In this document: in pieces, positions 27,116 through 38,224 of the stretch
Layout of the letters: each line of letters begins with the position of its first letter
Position numbering within the stretch: position 1 is the stretch's first letter
Assembly (NCBI GenBank): GCA_042216015.1
Contig: JBDGUI010000007.1
Coordinates: forward strand, 1,652 to 65,651
Direction: 5' to 3'
DNA length: 64,000 nt
From: Halodesulfurarchaeum sp.
Lineage (GTDB): Archaea; Halobacteriota; Halobacteria; Halobacteriales; Halobacteriaceae
The notes under the pieces: model-generated
Told to the model about the DNA's origin: nothing
What the model saw: only the letters and a program-made list of their open reading frames with translations
Databases searched by the model: none
Position numbers and translations under genes: made by a program

Positions 27116-28335
27116 GCACCGGACGCTTCGGCGACTACGGGGGCCAGTACGTGCCCGAGGTACTCATGCCGGCCGTGAAGGAACTCGAATCGGCCTACGA
27201 ACGCTACGTCCTGGAGAACGAGGAGGGCTTCATGGACGAATTCCGAACGCGGCTCCGGGAGTTCGGCGGGCGCCCGACGCCGCTTCACCGGGCCGACGCG
27301 CTGACCGAGGAGTCCGACACCGAGGTCTACCTCAAACGCGAGGACCTTCTGCACGGCGGCGCCCACAAGCTCAACAATGCACTCGGACAGGTGCTCCTTG
27401 CCGAGTACATGGGCAAGGAGCGGATCATCGCCGAGACCGGGGCCGGTCAGCACGGCACGGCGGTCGCGATGGCCTGTGCACACCTCGATATCGACTGTGA
27501 GATCTACATGGGCCGGACGGACATCCGCCGCCAGCGACCCAACGTCTTCCGGATGTTGACCCACGACGCGAGGGTCAACCCCGTCGAGGAGGGCTCAGGA
27601 ACCCTCAAGGAGGCGATCAACGCCACGCTACGGGACTGGGCAACGAACGTCGAGGACACCCACTACGTGATCGGGTCGGTCGTGGGCCCACACCCCTTCC
27701 CGAGCATGGTCCGTGATTTCCAGGCAGTCATCTCGGAGGAGGCTCACGAACAGGCCCAGTCGATGATGGGGGGGCTGCCCGGGACGGTGCTCGCCTGTGC
27801 GGGCGGCGGTTCGAATACGATGGGCTCGTTCCAGCACTTCAGGGACGATCCGGTCGACCTCGTCGCCGCCGAGGCCGGCGGTGAATCCCTCACGATCGAC
27901 GACGAGGCCGAACACGCCCCACACTCCGCCTCGCTCTCGACGGGGACCGACGGCGTTCTGCACGGAGCCCAGACCCGTCTCCTCCAGACCGAGACGGGAC
28001 AGATCGTCGAGTCCCACAGCGTCAGCGCGGGGCTGGATTACGCCGGCGTCGGCCCCGAACTCGCGCACCTCGTCGCCGAGGGCCGGGTCGAGCCGGTGAC
28101 GGTCGACGACGAGGCCGCACTCCGGGCGTTCCACCGCCTCTCGAGAGCCGAAGGCATCATTCCGGCCCTGGAGAGCAGCCACGCCGTCGCCGCGGTGGAG
28201 CAATACGACCTGACAGAGCCCGTGCTGGTGACGGTCTCCGGGCGCGGTGACAAGGATCTGGACACCGTGATCGAGGAGAGCGATCGGCGAGACCTCGATT
28301 CGGCACCGGACCTGGGGGTGATGAGCGGTGAGTGA
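27112..28335 (+). CDS. trpB: Tryptophan synthase beta chain
   Basis: [43 protein letters not shown]. Confidence 0.97.
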   Translation: MSTGRFGDYGGQYVPEVLMPAVKELESAYERYVLENEEGFMDEFRTRLREFGGRPTPLHRADALTEESDTEVYLKREDLLHGGAHKLNNALGQVLLAEYMGKERIIAETGAGQHGTAVAMACAHLDIDCEIYMGRTDIRRQRPNVFRMLTHDARVNPVEEGSGTLKEAINATLRDWATNVEDTHYVIGSVVGPHPFPSMVRDFQAVISEEAHEQAQSMMGGLPGTVLACAGGGSNTMGSFQHFRDDPVDLVAAEAGGESLTIDDEAEHAPHSASLSTGTDGVLHGAQTRLLQTETGQIVESHSVSAGLDYAGVGPELAHLVAEGRVEPVTVDDEAALRAFHRLSRAEGIIPALESSHAVAAVEQYDLTEPVLVTVSGRGDKDLDTVIEESDRRDLDSAPDLGVMSGE

Positions 28336-29113
28336 CGCGGCGATCCGGGCCGCGTTCGAGGACGGTGCGCTCGTCCCCTACATCGTGGCTGGAGATCCGA
28401 GTCCAGAGGCGACCAGGGAGTACGCCCAGGCACTCGTGGACGGCGGCGCGGACCTGCTCGAACTGGGCCTGCCGTTCTCGGAACCGGTGGCCGACGGGCC
28501 GACGATCCAGGCCGGCATCCGGCGGGCACTCGACGCGGGCATGACCCCCGACCGGTACCTCGAGATCGTTGCGAACCTGGACCTCGGGGTGCCGATTCTC
28601 GCGATGACCTACTACAACATGCTGTATCGCTACGGCGACGGGGCCGTGGAGCCGTTCGTCGCCGACGCCGCCGAGGCTGGACTTTCCGGGCTGATCGTCC
28701 CGGACCTCCCCGCAGAGGAGAGCGAGCCGCTTCTCGAGGCGTGTGGGACCCACGACCTCGCGACGATATTCATCGTGGCGCCGACCACCACCGAGGAGCG
28801 ACTGGCCCGCATCGTCGATCTGGCGAGTGGGTTTCTCTACGTGCAGGCCCGCATGGGAACGACCGGCGCGAAGGCGGACGTCAGCGATCACACCGGTCGC
28901 TCCCTCGAGCGGATTCCCGAGACCGACGTGCCGAAGGCGGTCGGATTCGGCGTGAGCAGCGGGGAGCAGGCCGCAGAGATCGTCGCCGGCGGGGCCGACG
29001 GCGTCGTCGCGGGGAGCGTCTTCGTGGACGTCATTGCGGACGGCACGAACGTTCCCGCCCGGCTCGAGAAACGGGCCGCAGAGCTGGCCGCGGGCGTGCG
29101 ATCGGGTCGATAA
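28328..29113 (+). CDS. trpA: Tryptophan synthase alpha chain
   Basis: [41 protein letters not shown]. Confidence 0.96.
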   Translation: MSDAAIRAAFEDGALVPYIVAGDPSPEATREYAQALVDGGADLLELGLPFSEPVADGPTIQAGIRRALDAGMTPDRYLEIVANLDLGVPILAMTYYNMLYRYGDGAVEPFVADAAEAGLSGLIVPDLPAEESEPLLEACGTHDLATIFIVAPTTTEERLARIVDLASGFLYVQARMGTTGAKADVSDHTGRSLERIPETDVPKAVGFGVSSGEQAAEIVAGGADGVVAGSVFVDVIADGTNVPARLEKRAAELAAGVRSGR

Positions 29114-29153
29114 ACCGCAACGAACATAGCCACCGGCTTGCTATACCCTCGCA

Positions 29154-29948
29154 ATGGCTACAGGGACCGACGCGCGACTGGCACGCCTCGGGCGGGACGG
29201 CAAGTTCGTCACTGTACCGATGGACCACGGTCTGACGATGGGGGCCGTCGAGGGGCTCAAGGACATCGAGGGGACGATCTCGGCGGTCACGGATGGCGGC
29301 GCGGACGCCGTCCTCACGCAGAAGGGACTCGCCGAACGGGTGATTCCGAACCGAAACGGGGCGGGCTATCTCATCCACCTGAACGGATCGACCGAAATCG
29401 GCCCCGACGAGGCCGATAAGCGAACGACCGCGACCGTCGAGGAGGCCGTCCGGCTGGGGGCCGACGGCGTCTCCTTTCACATCAACGTCGGGAGCGATCA
29501 CGAACCCGACCAGCTCACCTCCCTGGCCGAGGTGACCGAGGCCGCCGAACGATTCGGGATGCCCGTGCTCGCGATGGCCTACGCCCGGGGCCCGGGAATC
29601 GACGAGCACGACGCCGAGAACCTCGGCCACGCCGTTCGACTGGCGGAGGAACTCGGGGCCGATCTCGTGAAAACGGCCTACTCGGGCGATCCGGAGAGCT
29701 TCGAGCACGTCGTCGAGTCCACGGGCAAGCCCGTCATCATCGCCGGCGGGAGTCCGTCGAGCGACCGCGAAACCCTCGAAACCGTCCGGGACTCGATCGC
29801 CGCCGGCGGGGCGGGCGTCTCGATGGGCCGAACGATCTTCCAGCATCCCGATCCCTACGCGATTTCAGCGGCGGTAGCGGCCGTCGTCCACGAGGGCGTC
29901 GGTGTGGACGTGGCGATGGACCGATTCGACCTCCCGATCACGGCCTGA
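29154..29948 (+). CDS. 2-amino-3,7-dideoxy-D-threo-hept-6-ulosonate synthase (AroA', class I aldolase)
   Basis: VPMDHG, HLNGST, AMAYARG, ELGADLVKTAY, MGRTIFQ; next to trp and aroB'. Confidence 0.9.
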   Translation: MATGTDARLARLGRDGKFVTVPMDHGLTMGAVEGLKDIEGTISAVTDGGADAVLTQKGLAERVIPNRNGAGYLIHLNGSTEIGPDEADKRTTATVEEAVRLGADGVSFHINVGSDHEPDQLTSLAEVTEAAERFGMPVLAMAYARGPGIDEHDAENLGHAVRLAEELGADLVKTAYSGDPESFEHVVESTGKPVIIAGGSPSSDRETLETVRDSIAAGGAGVSMGRTIFQHPDPYAISAAVAAVVHEGVGVDVAMDRFDLPITA

Positions 29949-30602
29949 TCAGCCACGGAGCAGATTCAGGACCTCGTCGACCACGTCCGGTTCGACCGCA
30001 ACCACGTACTGCTTTCCCGGATCCAGCGTGGTGTCGGGACCGGCAATGCACTCACACTCCTCATCGGAGACGACGAGTGATCCCTCCGGGAATCTGACGT
30101 CGGCGAGTCTCTTTCCGGCGGCCGGTGCGCCCTCCGCGACCCGTATCTGCATGATGTCGAGCGAACGGGTCACGTCCGCCAGCGTTCGAACGTCGCTGCC
30201 GACGATCTCGTTCGCCGCCACTTGGGCGCCTGGCTGTTCCGGGAAGACCACGGCGTCGACGAAACGCGTGTATGTCTCGCGGTCTTTGTGTTCGATCCGC
30301 GCGACGGTTCGAATGTCCGGATCGAGTTCCCGAGCGATCAGGCAGATCGCGAGGTTCTGTCCGGCGTTCCCCGTGAGCGCCGCTATCGCGTCGGCGTCCT
30401 CGAGACCGGCCTGTTCGAGGATGTTCGGGTTCGTCGCGTCGCCCTCGATGACCGTCGAAACCCACTCGTCCGCGATTTCGCTGACTGTCTCGCTGTTCCA
30501 CTCGACGATCGTGACGCTATCACCGCGCCCGGCGAGTATCTCGGCCGTTCTGAAGCCGACACGGCCGCCACCGGCGATGATGACGTCGAGTTTGCCTGTC
30601 AT
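29949..30602 (-). CDS. TrkA-family (RCK N+C) protein
   Basis: IIAGGGRVG, EGDATNPNILEQAGLEDAD, TrkA-C tail. Confidence 0.9.
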   Translation of the reverse strand: MTGKLDVIIAGGGRVGFRTAEILAGRGDSVTIVEWNSETVSEIADEWVSTVIEGDATNPNILEQAGLEDADAIAALTGNAGQNLAICLIARELDPDIRTVARIEHKDRETYTRFVDAVVFPEQPGAQVAANEIVGSDVRTLADVTRSLDIMQIRVAEGAPAAGKRLADVRFPEGSLVVSDEECECIAGPDTTLDPGKQYVVAVEPDVVDEVLNLLRG

Positions 30603-30622
30603 GGTTCTTGGTTTCAAGTCGC

Positions 30623-32053
30623 TCAGTCCTGTTCCCCGCGGTTCGAACCCCCGCTCGTGGAGCGAACGAACGCGTAATACGCCCCGACGCCGGCTGCCAC
30701 CCAGCCGCCACTCAGGAGCAACGCCCGTGGATCGGTCCCCAGGAGGTATCCCACGAGGACGATCGCCAGGAGGAGGTTCGAGACGATTCCCAGGATCGGC
30801 GGCAGGGGATACAGTGGCATCTCGTAGGGTCGATTCATGTTCGGCCGTTCGCGCCGAAGTTTGATGACCGAGCCGTTGACGACGATGAAGGAGAGCAGGA
30901 AGAAGAGACTCGACATGTTCCCGGCACTCTTCGTGGGCAGGAACACGGAGAGGAGCATGACGACCCCGCTTCCCAGAATGGCGAGGAACGGCGTCCCGAA
31001 CCGATGGTGAATCTGTCCGAACGACTGTGTGAGTTGTCCCTCCCGTCCCATCGCGAACGCGACCCTCGAGGAGGCAATGACGACCGCGTTGAGCGCGGTG
31101 AGCGTGGAAAAGACCGCGCCGAACACGATGATCACACCCCCGTTCTGGATGAGGGGGAGCCCTGTCGGCATGAATTCCGTCGCTGCCTGCGCGATTCCCG
31201 CCTCGCCCGCGGCGGCGAGTCCTGGAGCGCCGAGGGTTCCGACCGCGACCGTCACGACCGCGAGGTAGACGATGATCGCCACCCCGAGACTCGCGAAGAT
31301 GGCCTTCGGGATGTTCTCGCGTGGATTTTCGACCTCCTCGGTCACCGTCGTGATCAGGTCATACCCCTCGAAGGCGATGAACGTCAACCCCATGGCCGGA
31401 AGGACCGAGAACGCGCCCCGCTCACCGGTGAAGTAGGGCTGAAATTCCGCCGTGGAGAACATCGGCGAGAGCGCTCCGAAGGCCACGAACACGACGAGGA
31501 TAGCGACCTTGATGGCCGTGAAGAGGGTCTCCAGGTTCCCACTCGCGGCCGTCGAGAGCGCGTTCACGAGCACGAGGGTGAACACGGCGCCGAACGCGAG
31601 GCTCATCGCGGCCGGAATCCGAATTCCGACGACCGGGAGCAAAACCGCGCCGACCTGGTCAGGTGGGGGGACGACCCCGTAGACGTGGAGCAATTCGAGG
31701 AAGTTGGGGGCGAATCCCAGCGCGTAAAGCGCACCGGCGATCATGTAGGCAAACCAGAGCATCCAGCCCATCAGGAACGACGTGAACTCATTGTAGATCT
31801 CCCGAACGAATGCATAGCCCCCGCCGCTCTTCGGGATGGCACTCGCGAGTTCGGCATACGAGAGCGCGGTGAATCCGGTCACGATTCCGTTGAGTGCGAA
31901 CACGAGAATCGCCGCCGGCCCGGCGATTTCGGCGGCCAATCCGGTCAACACGAAGATTCCGGCCCCGATCATCGCACCCATGCCGATCATGGTCGCATCG
32001 AGCAGAGAGAGCGACGCCTGTGGGGACCGGCCCTGCTGGGCGCTCACGGCCAC
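30623..32053 (-). CDS. APC family amino-acid permease
   Basis: GAMIGAGIFVLTG, YAELASAIPKSGGGY, FIAFEGYD, EEVENP. Confidence 0.92.
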   Translation of the reverse strand: MAVSAQQGRSPQASLSLLDATMIGMGAMIGAGIFVLTGLAAEIAGPAAILVFALNGIVTGFTALSYAELASAIPKSGGGYAFVREIYNEFTSFLMGWMLWFAYMIAGALYALGFAPNFLELLHVYGVVPPPDQVGAVLLPVVGIRIPAAMSLAFGAVFTLVLVNALSTAASGNLETLFTAIKVAILVVFVAFGALSPMFSTAEFQPYFTGERGAFSVLPAMGLTFIAFEGYDLITTVTEEVENPRENIPKAIFASLGVAIIVYLAVVTVAVGTLGAPGLAAAGEAGIAQAATEFMPTGLPLIQNGGVIIVFGAVFSTLTALNAVVIASSRVAFAMGREGQLTQSFGQIHHRFGTPFLAILGSGVVMLLSVFLPTKSAGNMSSLFFLLSFIVVNGSVIKLRRERPNMNRPYEMPLYPLPPILGIVSNLLLAIVLVGYLLGTDPRALLLSGGWVAAGVGAYYAFVRSTSGGSNRGEQD

Positions 32054-32205
32054 CCCCCTCCGCCGAAGACGCTCCTCGATCGAGGCCGATGTCGTCTCGG
32101 GGTCGGATCCATCTTCGCCCGGGTCCCAGGTTGAGCCCCCAGGTTCTTTAGTCCATCCCGATCCGGTCCGGCACGTTCAAGGCCGACCCCCGTGTGTGCC
32201 CTGGT

Positions 32206-33369
32206 ATGACACGCAGCGTCTGGCTCAAGGCCGACGACGAGGTCGGCGACTGGGAGTCACGGAAGCGCCGGATCACCGCCGGTCTCGAGGCCGGGGTCGA
32301 CTGGATTCTCGTCGACGAATGGGACGTCGAACGGGTCCGGGAACTGGGAGACGTCAACGTGGCGGCCTTCGTCACGAACGACGTCGACGTGATCGGAGAG
32401 CAGGCCGAGGACCTCGGGCAGGCCGACCGCTACATCGTCGGGAAGGACGGAGAGGGCGACGGCACGATCGAACTTCCAGGGGACTTCTCGGGCAGCGCTG
32501 ACCTCTCGACGCTCCGTCGGGACGGCGCTGACGGGGCCTACGTGCGGATCTTCGGTCCGGGCTACGAGGAGTTCGCCAGCGAGGCCGCCACGGAGGCCTC
32601 ACACACCATCGTGGTCGGCGAGGACTGGCAGATCATTCCCCTCGAGAACCTCATCGCCCGGATCGGGGAGGAAACCGACCTCATCGCCGGCGTCACCACC
32701 CCGGAGGAGGCCGAGACGGCCTTCGAGACCCTCGAGTTGGGTGCGGACGGCGTGCTTCTGGATACGGACGATCCGGACGAGATCCGGCAAACGGTGGCCG
32801 TCAGGGACGACATCGACCGGGAGCACCTCGATCTCGAGTACGCCGAGGTCACGACCATCGAACCGGCTGGGAGTGCCGACCGAGTCTGTGTGGACACTGG
32901 CAGCCTCTTCGACCACGACGAGGGCATGCTGATCGGCAGCATGTCACGTGGGCTCTTCTTCGTTCACGCCGAAACCGCCGACTCGCCGTACGTGGCCTCC
33001 CGCCCCTTCAGGGTCAATGCGGGTGCGGTCCATGCCTACGCCCGACTGCCGGATGGCTCGACGACCTACCTCTCGGAGATCGGGAGCGGGGACGAGGTCC
33101 AGGTCGTCGACACGGCGGGTCACACTCGCGAGGCGGTCGTGGGCCGGGCGAAAATCGAGCGCCGGCCGATGTTCCGGTTGCAGGCAGAGACCGAGGACGG
33201 TGATCTCATCGAGACGCTCATCCAGAACGCGGAGACGATCAAGGTTCAGGCCAAGTCGGGTCGGAAGGCCGTGACGGATCTCGAAGCGGGCGATGCGGTA
33301 CTGGTCTACACCCAGCCCGGTGGCCGGCACTTCGGCGAGTCCATCGACGAACGAATCATCGAGAAGTAG
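32206..33369 (+). CDS. aroB: 3-dehydroquinate synthase II (AroB')
   Basis: DWQIIPLENLIA, ADRVCVDT, RPFRVNAGAVHAY, QNAETI. Confidence 0.93.
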   Translation: MTRSVWLKADDEVGDWESRKRRITAGLEAGVDWILVDEWDVERVRELGDVNVAAFVTNDVDVIGEQAEDLGQADRYIVGKDGEGDGTIELPGDFSGSADLSTLRRDGADGAYVRIFGPGYEEFASEAATEASHTIVVGEDWQIIPLENLIARIGEETDLIAGVTTPEEAETAFETLELGADGVLLDTDDPDEIRQTVAVRDDIDREHLDLEYAEVTTIEPAGSADRVCVDTGSLFDHDEGMLIGSMSRGLFFVHAETADSPYVASRPFRVNAGAVHAYARLPDGSTTYLSEIGSGDEVQVVDTAGHTREAVVGRAKIERRPMFRLQAETEDGDLIETLIQNAETIKVQAKSGRKAVTDLEAGDAVLVYTQPGGRHFGESIDERIIEK

Positions 33370-33379
33370 GCCGACCGTC

Positions 33380-33838
33380 CTACCGTCGAACGGTGCGTTC
33401 GGACTCGGTTTCGTCCCTGTCGAGGCGGGTGGTACACCAGGGACAGAAGTCCAGATCCTCGTCGAGTTCCTTCCCGCACTCCGGGCAGGTGCCTGCCGCG
33501 GTCTCCGTCCCGACCTCGGTCGCTGACTGCTGAAGCCCGGTGAGGTAGGCGTCGATGGCGTTCAGCACCCGGACCACGGCCATGCTCAGGATGACGTCCA
33601 TGGGCAAGTGCTGGCTCGCCTCGATCAGTCCGGAAAGGCCATTGGCCTCGTAGGCTGCATAGGCCGATTCCGGCATCACCATCGCCGCCGCGATGAGTGC
33701 GACGACGAACCACGCGATGGCCCGCAGCCACGCCCGGAGATAGAGGTGACCCAACCCCGGGTACACGAGTGCCAAAACCGAGGCGATCAGCGACCGTCGC
33801 GTGAACCAGGTCCGCTGCACGGGCAAAATTCGGGACAT
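33380..33838 (-). CDS. Membrane protein with C-terminal zinc ribbon
   Basis: YPGLGHLYL TM segments; CPECG...FCPWC. Confidence 0.8.
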   Translation of the reverse strand: MSRILPVQRTWFTRRSLIASVLALVYPGLGHLYLRAWLRAIAWFVVALIAAAMVMPESAYAAYEANGLSGLIEASQHLPMDVILSMAVVRVLNAIDAYLTGLQQSATEVGTETAAGTCPECGKELDEDLDFCPWCTTRLDRDETESERTVRR

Positions 33839-33844
33839 CGACGG

Positions 33845-34558
33845 TTAAGTCTTTAAATCCGATCCGTCCCGCACGCCGAACGTCTCGAGCAGCGAGGCCA
33901 GCGTCTCGAGGTCGAACTGGCCCGGCGCCGTCGCGTCCGTCGCCTCGAGCGGGGCGTACCCGAGCTTCGAGCCATAGAGCGGTGAAACCGCCCGGGTATG
34001 GGCCCCGATTTCACCCATACCCATCGTCGCGACCGTCTTTCCCTCCCGGGTCAGGTCGTGGGTCGCCTGCAGCAGTTCCAGGACCGCCTCGTGGGTTTTG
34101 GGGGTCACGGCGAGTTTTGCGATCGAGCCGAACTGACAGCCCCGATGGGCGAAGTCGACGAGCGTCCGACGCGATGGACCCCGGTCGAAGTCGTGGACCG
34201 AGACCACGACGGAACGGCCCGACTCGCGGGCCGCATCGAGCACCGGGCTCATGTCCGTGATCTGCCCGGTCCCCTCGAGGGCCCGGAGTTCCAGATCGAT
34301 GCCCGTGACTGCCGGCATCGAAAGGGCGTCGAGCAGTTCCTCGCGGCGGTCTGTTCCGTCCGCCCGGTTCCCGCCCTCCCACTCCGGTCGGTTCGTGACC
34401 AGGATCTCGAGTTCACCGTCGTATCGCTCCAGTTCCGCGAGGGGATCCGCTGCAAGGTCCATCCGGAACTCGAGGAGGTCGGCGTGGGGGCGGGCTCGCG
34501 GCTCGGATTCGAGAGTGTTCGTCGAGGCCGCGAGTCGGAACGATTCGAAGTCGATCAT
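33845..34558 (-). CDS. aroD: Type I 3-dehydroquinate dehydratase
   Basis: LLEFRMD, TNRPEWEGG, SVHDF, AKLAVTP, MGMG, APGQ. Confidence 0.92.
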   Translation of the reverse strand: MIDFESFRLAASTNTLESEPRARPHADLLEFRMDLAADPLAELERYDGELEILVTNRPEWEGGNRADGTDRREELLDALSMPAVTGIDLELRALEGTGQITDMSPVLDAARESGRSVVVSVHDFDRGPSRRTLVDFAHRGCQFGSIAKLAVTPKTHEAVLELLQATHDLTREGKTVATMGMGEIGAHTRAVSPLYGSKLGYAPLEATDATAPGQFDLETLASLLETFGVRDGSDLKT

Positions 34559-34562
34559 GTCC

Positions 34563-35513
34563 TCAGACCGGAATCGAGTCCTCGGCCTCGAGCAGTTCGT
34601 GATAGCGGTTTCGGATGGTCACCTCGGAGATGTCCGCGACCTCGCTCACGTTCGCCTGGGTGGTCTTCTCGTTGGTCAGGAGGGCGGCGGCGTAGACGGC
34701 CGCGGCGGCGAGACCGACCGGACTCTTGCCGCTGTGAACCCCCTTCTGCTTGGCGTTCTCGAGCAGTTCACGAGCGCGGTGCTGGGCCTCGTCGCTCAAC
34801 TCGAGCGAGGAGGCAAACCGCGGGACGTAACTCGCGGGATCTGCCGGCCTGACCTCGAGGCCGAGTTCCCGGATCACGTAACGATAGGTGCGGGCGATCT
34901 CGTCCTTCTCGACCCGACTGACGTCGTTGATTTCATCGAGACTTCGGGGAACGCCGGCCTGTCGAGCGGCGGCGTAGACACAGGAGGTGGCGACCCCCTC
35001 GATCGACCGTCCCGGAAGCAGGTCCTCCTCGAGCGCCCGGCGGTAGATGACCGAGGCCGTCTCCCGGACGTTATCGGGCAGTCCGAGGGCACTGGCCATC
35101 CGGTCGATCTCGCCGAGGGCCTGTTTCAGGTTGCGCTCCTTGGCGTCGCGGGTGCGAAACCGCTCGTTCCATTTCCGCAGGCGCTGCATCTTCTGGCGCT
35201 GGCGGGAGCCAAGCGAGTTCCCGTAGGCGTCCTTGTTGCGCCAGTCGATGTTCGTCGAGAGCCCCTTGTCGTGCATCGTGTTCGTGGTGGGCGCGCCGAC
35301 CCGGGACTTCTCGTCTTTCTCCTGGGAGTCGAAGGCTCGCCACTCGGGCCCGCGATCGATTCCCTCCTCCTCGACGACCAGCCCACAGTCCGCACACACC
35401 TTCTCGCTGTGCTCCTCGTCGTGGACGACGAGGCCCCCACACTCCGGGCAGCCGTCCGTTCGTTCCGTCTCGGTCTCTTCGGTTTCCCGCGATCTGAGAG
35501 TTGCGTTTGACAT
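34563..35513 (-). CDS. tfb: Transcription initiation factor IIB
   Basis: CPECG...CADCG zinc ribbon, GPEWRAF, ERNLKQAL, two cyclin repeats. Confidence 0.96.
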   Translation of the reverse strand: MSNATLRSRETEETETERTDGCPECGGLVVHDEEHSEKVCADCGLVVEEEGIDRGPEWRAFDSQEKDEKSRVGAPTTNTMHDKGLSTNIDWRNKDAYGNSLGSRQRQKMQRLRKWNERFRTRDAKERNLKQALGEIDRMASALGLPDNVRETASVIYRRALEEDLLPGRSIEGVATSCVYAAARQAGVPRSLDEINDVSRVEKDEIARTYRYVIRELGLEVRPADPASYVPRFASSLELSDEAQHRARELLENAKQKGVHSGKSPVGLAAAAVYAAALLTNEKTTQANVSEVADISEVTIRNRYHELLEAEDSIPV

Positions 35514-35699
35514 ATGTGTAATCCGTTCGAGCGATGATTCGGTGGCCAATCGGTTTCGACAAAACGAACTTAACTGTTTGGTTATCGTTTCGTAAAACAC
35601 CCGCCCTCGTTCGGACAGCCTTCGAATTTCCTCGACCTGTGGGAATTTTACACGAAATCGGGGCGAAACACTGATTGGCCGGACACCGAACTCTCCCGC

Positions 35700-36215
35700 A
35701 TGCGCGTCGCCGTCGGCAGCACGAACCCGGTCAAACACGCCGCGACCTGCGGGGCGTTCGGTGAGCTGGCCACGACCATTGACTCCGTGGCGGTCGAATC
35801 GGGCGTGTCCGAACAGCCACGATCGACCGCCGAAACCATCGAGGGGGCGAAAAACCGGGCCCGGCGGGCCCGCGCCGCAGGAACCTACGACCTGGGCGTG
35901 GGAATCGAAGGTGGCGTCGCCACGATCGACGGGGTGGAGGGTCAGTTTTTGACCATGTGGACCGCAATCGACGATGGATCACAATGCACACTCGGCTCGG
36001 GTCCACGGCTGTGCCTCCCCGAATCGATCGCCACGGAAATCGTGGACGGGGCCGAACTCGGTCCCCTGTTGGACGAATTGCTCGACAGGGATGGAGTCAA
36101 GGAGGCCGCAGGGGCGGTGGGCGTGTTCACCGAAGGAGCGATCGACCGCGAGGACGCCCTGCGAAACGCCGTTGCCGTGGCCCTCGGGCCGATGATTTCC
36201 GAGCACTACGACTGA
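35700..36215 (+). CDS. Inosine/xanthosine triphosphatase (YjjX/DUF84)
   Basis: AVGSTNPVK, SGVSEQP, GAKNRA, GIEGG, ELGP, GAVGVFT. Confidence 0.9.
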   Translation: MRVAVGSTNPVKHAATCGAFGELATTIDSVAVESGVSEQPRSTAETIEGAKNRARRARAAGTYDLGVGIEGGVATIDGVEGQFLTMWTAIDDGSQCTLGSGPRLCLPESIATEIVDGAELGPLLDELLDRDGVKEAAGAVGVFTEGAIDREDALRNAVAVALGPMISEHYD

Positions 36216-36239
36216 GCGGGCAATCGGTATTCCGGCAGA

Positions 36240-38078
36240 TCAGGACTGCTCCACGGGATCTGGCTGTTCGTCGATGTCCGCAGATCCCTCGATGGCCTCG
36301 GTTAGCGAGACGTTGAGGAGGACCATGGAGCCGGCCCCGCCGATCACCGTGATGGCGTTTTTCACCCCGTGATCGACGATGGCCACTCCCAGGGAAACCG
36401 CCGGTGCGATGGGGGTCATCGCCATGACGAGCACCGTGAACGCCCCCTCGTACAGTCCGATCCCGCCCGGGGAGAGCGGGAGGACCTTGGCGAGGTTCCC
36501 CACGCTCACCGCGAAGAAACTCACCGCGACCAGCAGGAAAGGCGGGACCGAGACCCCGAAGGCCAGGAACACGAGTAGCGCCGTGAGGACGTCGATCACC
36601 CAGATGGCCAGGCTGGCGATCCCCACCCGCGTGAATGCGCGAGGTTCGGCTGCCACCCGCTGGACGTCCGCGACGAACCGCTCGAGGGTCGTCGCGACGA
36701 ACTCGACGTAGGAGTCCTCGGTGGTCCACTCTACCAGGGCCCTGATGCGGTTGCGGTCCGATCTGGCCGAGAGGACGATCAGGAGGACGGCACCGATCGC
36801 CGTCGCTCCGACGGCACTCGCCACGATGACGGCCCTTTGGGCGCTCTCCTGCTGGGGGCCGGAGAGACCCACCCCCTCGAAGAGCGTTCGGCTCAACGAC
36901 TCGACCTGTTCCGGAGCCAGTGCCGCCATTCCCAGTAGCACTCCACCGGCGAGGAGCGTGATCGTGAGCAGGTCGAAGACCCGCTCGACGGCCAGGGACG
37001 CGAAGCCGGTCGTGTAGGGGACGGCTCTGCGGGCCTTGACGACGTAGGCACGGACCGCATCACCCGCTCGTGCAGGGAACACGAGGTTGCCGGTCTGGCT
37101 GATAAAAATCGCCCCCATGAGAAACCCCGCTCGCTCCCGATATCCAAGCCGGGAGAGGATGTCCGCGTACCGAAAGCCACGAATGGGCCAGGAGAGCACG
37201 TAGACCCCTGCTGCGAGGGCGATCATCGCTGGGTCAGCCCGCAGCATTTTCGCCAGGACGGTCCTCGGGTCGAGGTATTCGAACATCAGGGCAATCGCGA
37301 GTCCTGAGAGCAGGAGCCCGGCGACCATTCCCGTCCGGCGATTCGCGTATGGTCGAACCCGAAGTTCCCAGGCGGTTCGGAGGATCTGGCTGCCCATCCC
37401 GAACACGTCCCTGACGAGATCGACCTTCGAATCCCCCTTCGGCGTCCAGTCGACCGCGAACTCTTTCACCCTGAAGCCCCGTCGCTGGGCCTTCACGAGC
37501 ATCTCCGTGTCCCAGAACCAGTGGGTATCCTTCACGACTGGCCGGAGTTCCTCGAAGGCCGCCCGACTGAACGCCTTGAAGCCGGCCTGGTGGTCTCTGA
37601 GTTCCGAACCCAGCAGGGTCCGGACGAGGAAGTTGAACCCCCGGCTCGAGATGGCCCGCTTGGCCGGCCGATCGGCCTCCTCGCCCGGCATCCAGCGCGA
37701 GCCAGTCGCGACGTCGTACTCCCCGGAACGGACGCTCTCGACGAGCTCCGCGAGGTGGGACATGTCCGTCGCGAGGTCCGTATCGAAGTAGGCGAGGGTA
37801 TCCCCGTCGGCGGCATCGAACGCCCGATTCAGGGCCTCGCCGCGACCGAGCCGTTCGTCGCTATGGAAGTGGCGAACCCGTTCGTCTGCGGCAGCGAGTC
37901 GGTCTGCGATCTCGGGGGTTCGATCGGTACAGCCGTCCTCTGCGACGATCACCTCGAACACGCCTTCCGGGAGAAACCCATCGAGCGTTTCGAGCGCCAC
38001 GTCGACCGTCGACTCGATGGTCGCCTCCTCGTTGTACGCCGGGAGGACGACGCTCACCTCGACGGCCGACCGGTGCAT
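36240..38078 (-). CDS. aglD: Dolichol-phosphate glycosyltransferase fused to flippase-like TM domain (AglD-like)
   Basis: GT2 domain (VVLPAYNE, AEDG, DTDLA, DHQAGFKAF, WFWDTE) plus multi-TM domain (FPARAGD, ERVFD, SPGGIGLYE). Confidence 0.85.
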   Translation of the reverse strand: MHRSAVEVSVVLPAYNEEATIESTVDVALETLDGFLPEGVFEVIVAEDGCTDRTPEIADRLAAADERVRHFHSDERLGRGEALNRAFDAADGDTLAYFDTDLATDMSHLAELVESVRSGEYDVATGSRWMPGEEADRPAKRAISSRGFNFLVRTLLGSELRDHQAGFKAFSRAAFEELRPVVKDTHWFWDTEMLVKAQRRGFRVKEFAVDWTPKGDSKVDLVRDVFGMGSQILRTAWELRVRPYANRRTGMVAGLLLSGLAIALMFEYLDPRTVLAKMLRADPAMIALAAGVYVLSWPIRGFRYADILSRLGYRERAGFLMGAIFISQTGNLVFPARAGDAVRAYVVKARRAVPYTTGFASLAVERVFDLLTITLLAGGVLLGMAALAPEQVESLSRTLFEGVGLSGPQQESAQRAVIVASAVGATAIGAVLLIVLSARSDRNRIRALVEWTTEDSYVEFVATTLERFVADVQRVAAEPRAFTRVGIASLAIWVIDVLTALLVFLAFGVSVPPFLLVAVSFFAVSVGNLAKVLPLSPGGIGLYEGAFTVLVMAMTPIAPAVSLGVAIVDHGVKNAITVIGGAGSMVLLNVSLTEAIEGSADIDEQPDPVEQS

Positions 38079-38224
38079 GTTTCGGTGCTCGGGGAGGCCG
38101 CGATAAGAACTTTCTGAACCTCGCCACACGTGCAGCCGGCTCGAACGTTTCACGTCTGTCGGCGGTCCCGAAATTAATCCTTCGTACCAAACCGGCTTTT
38201 GTTCCTGCTCCCCATGGTTCGATC

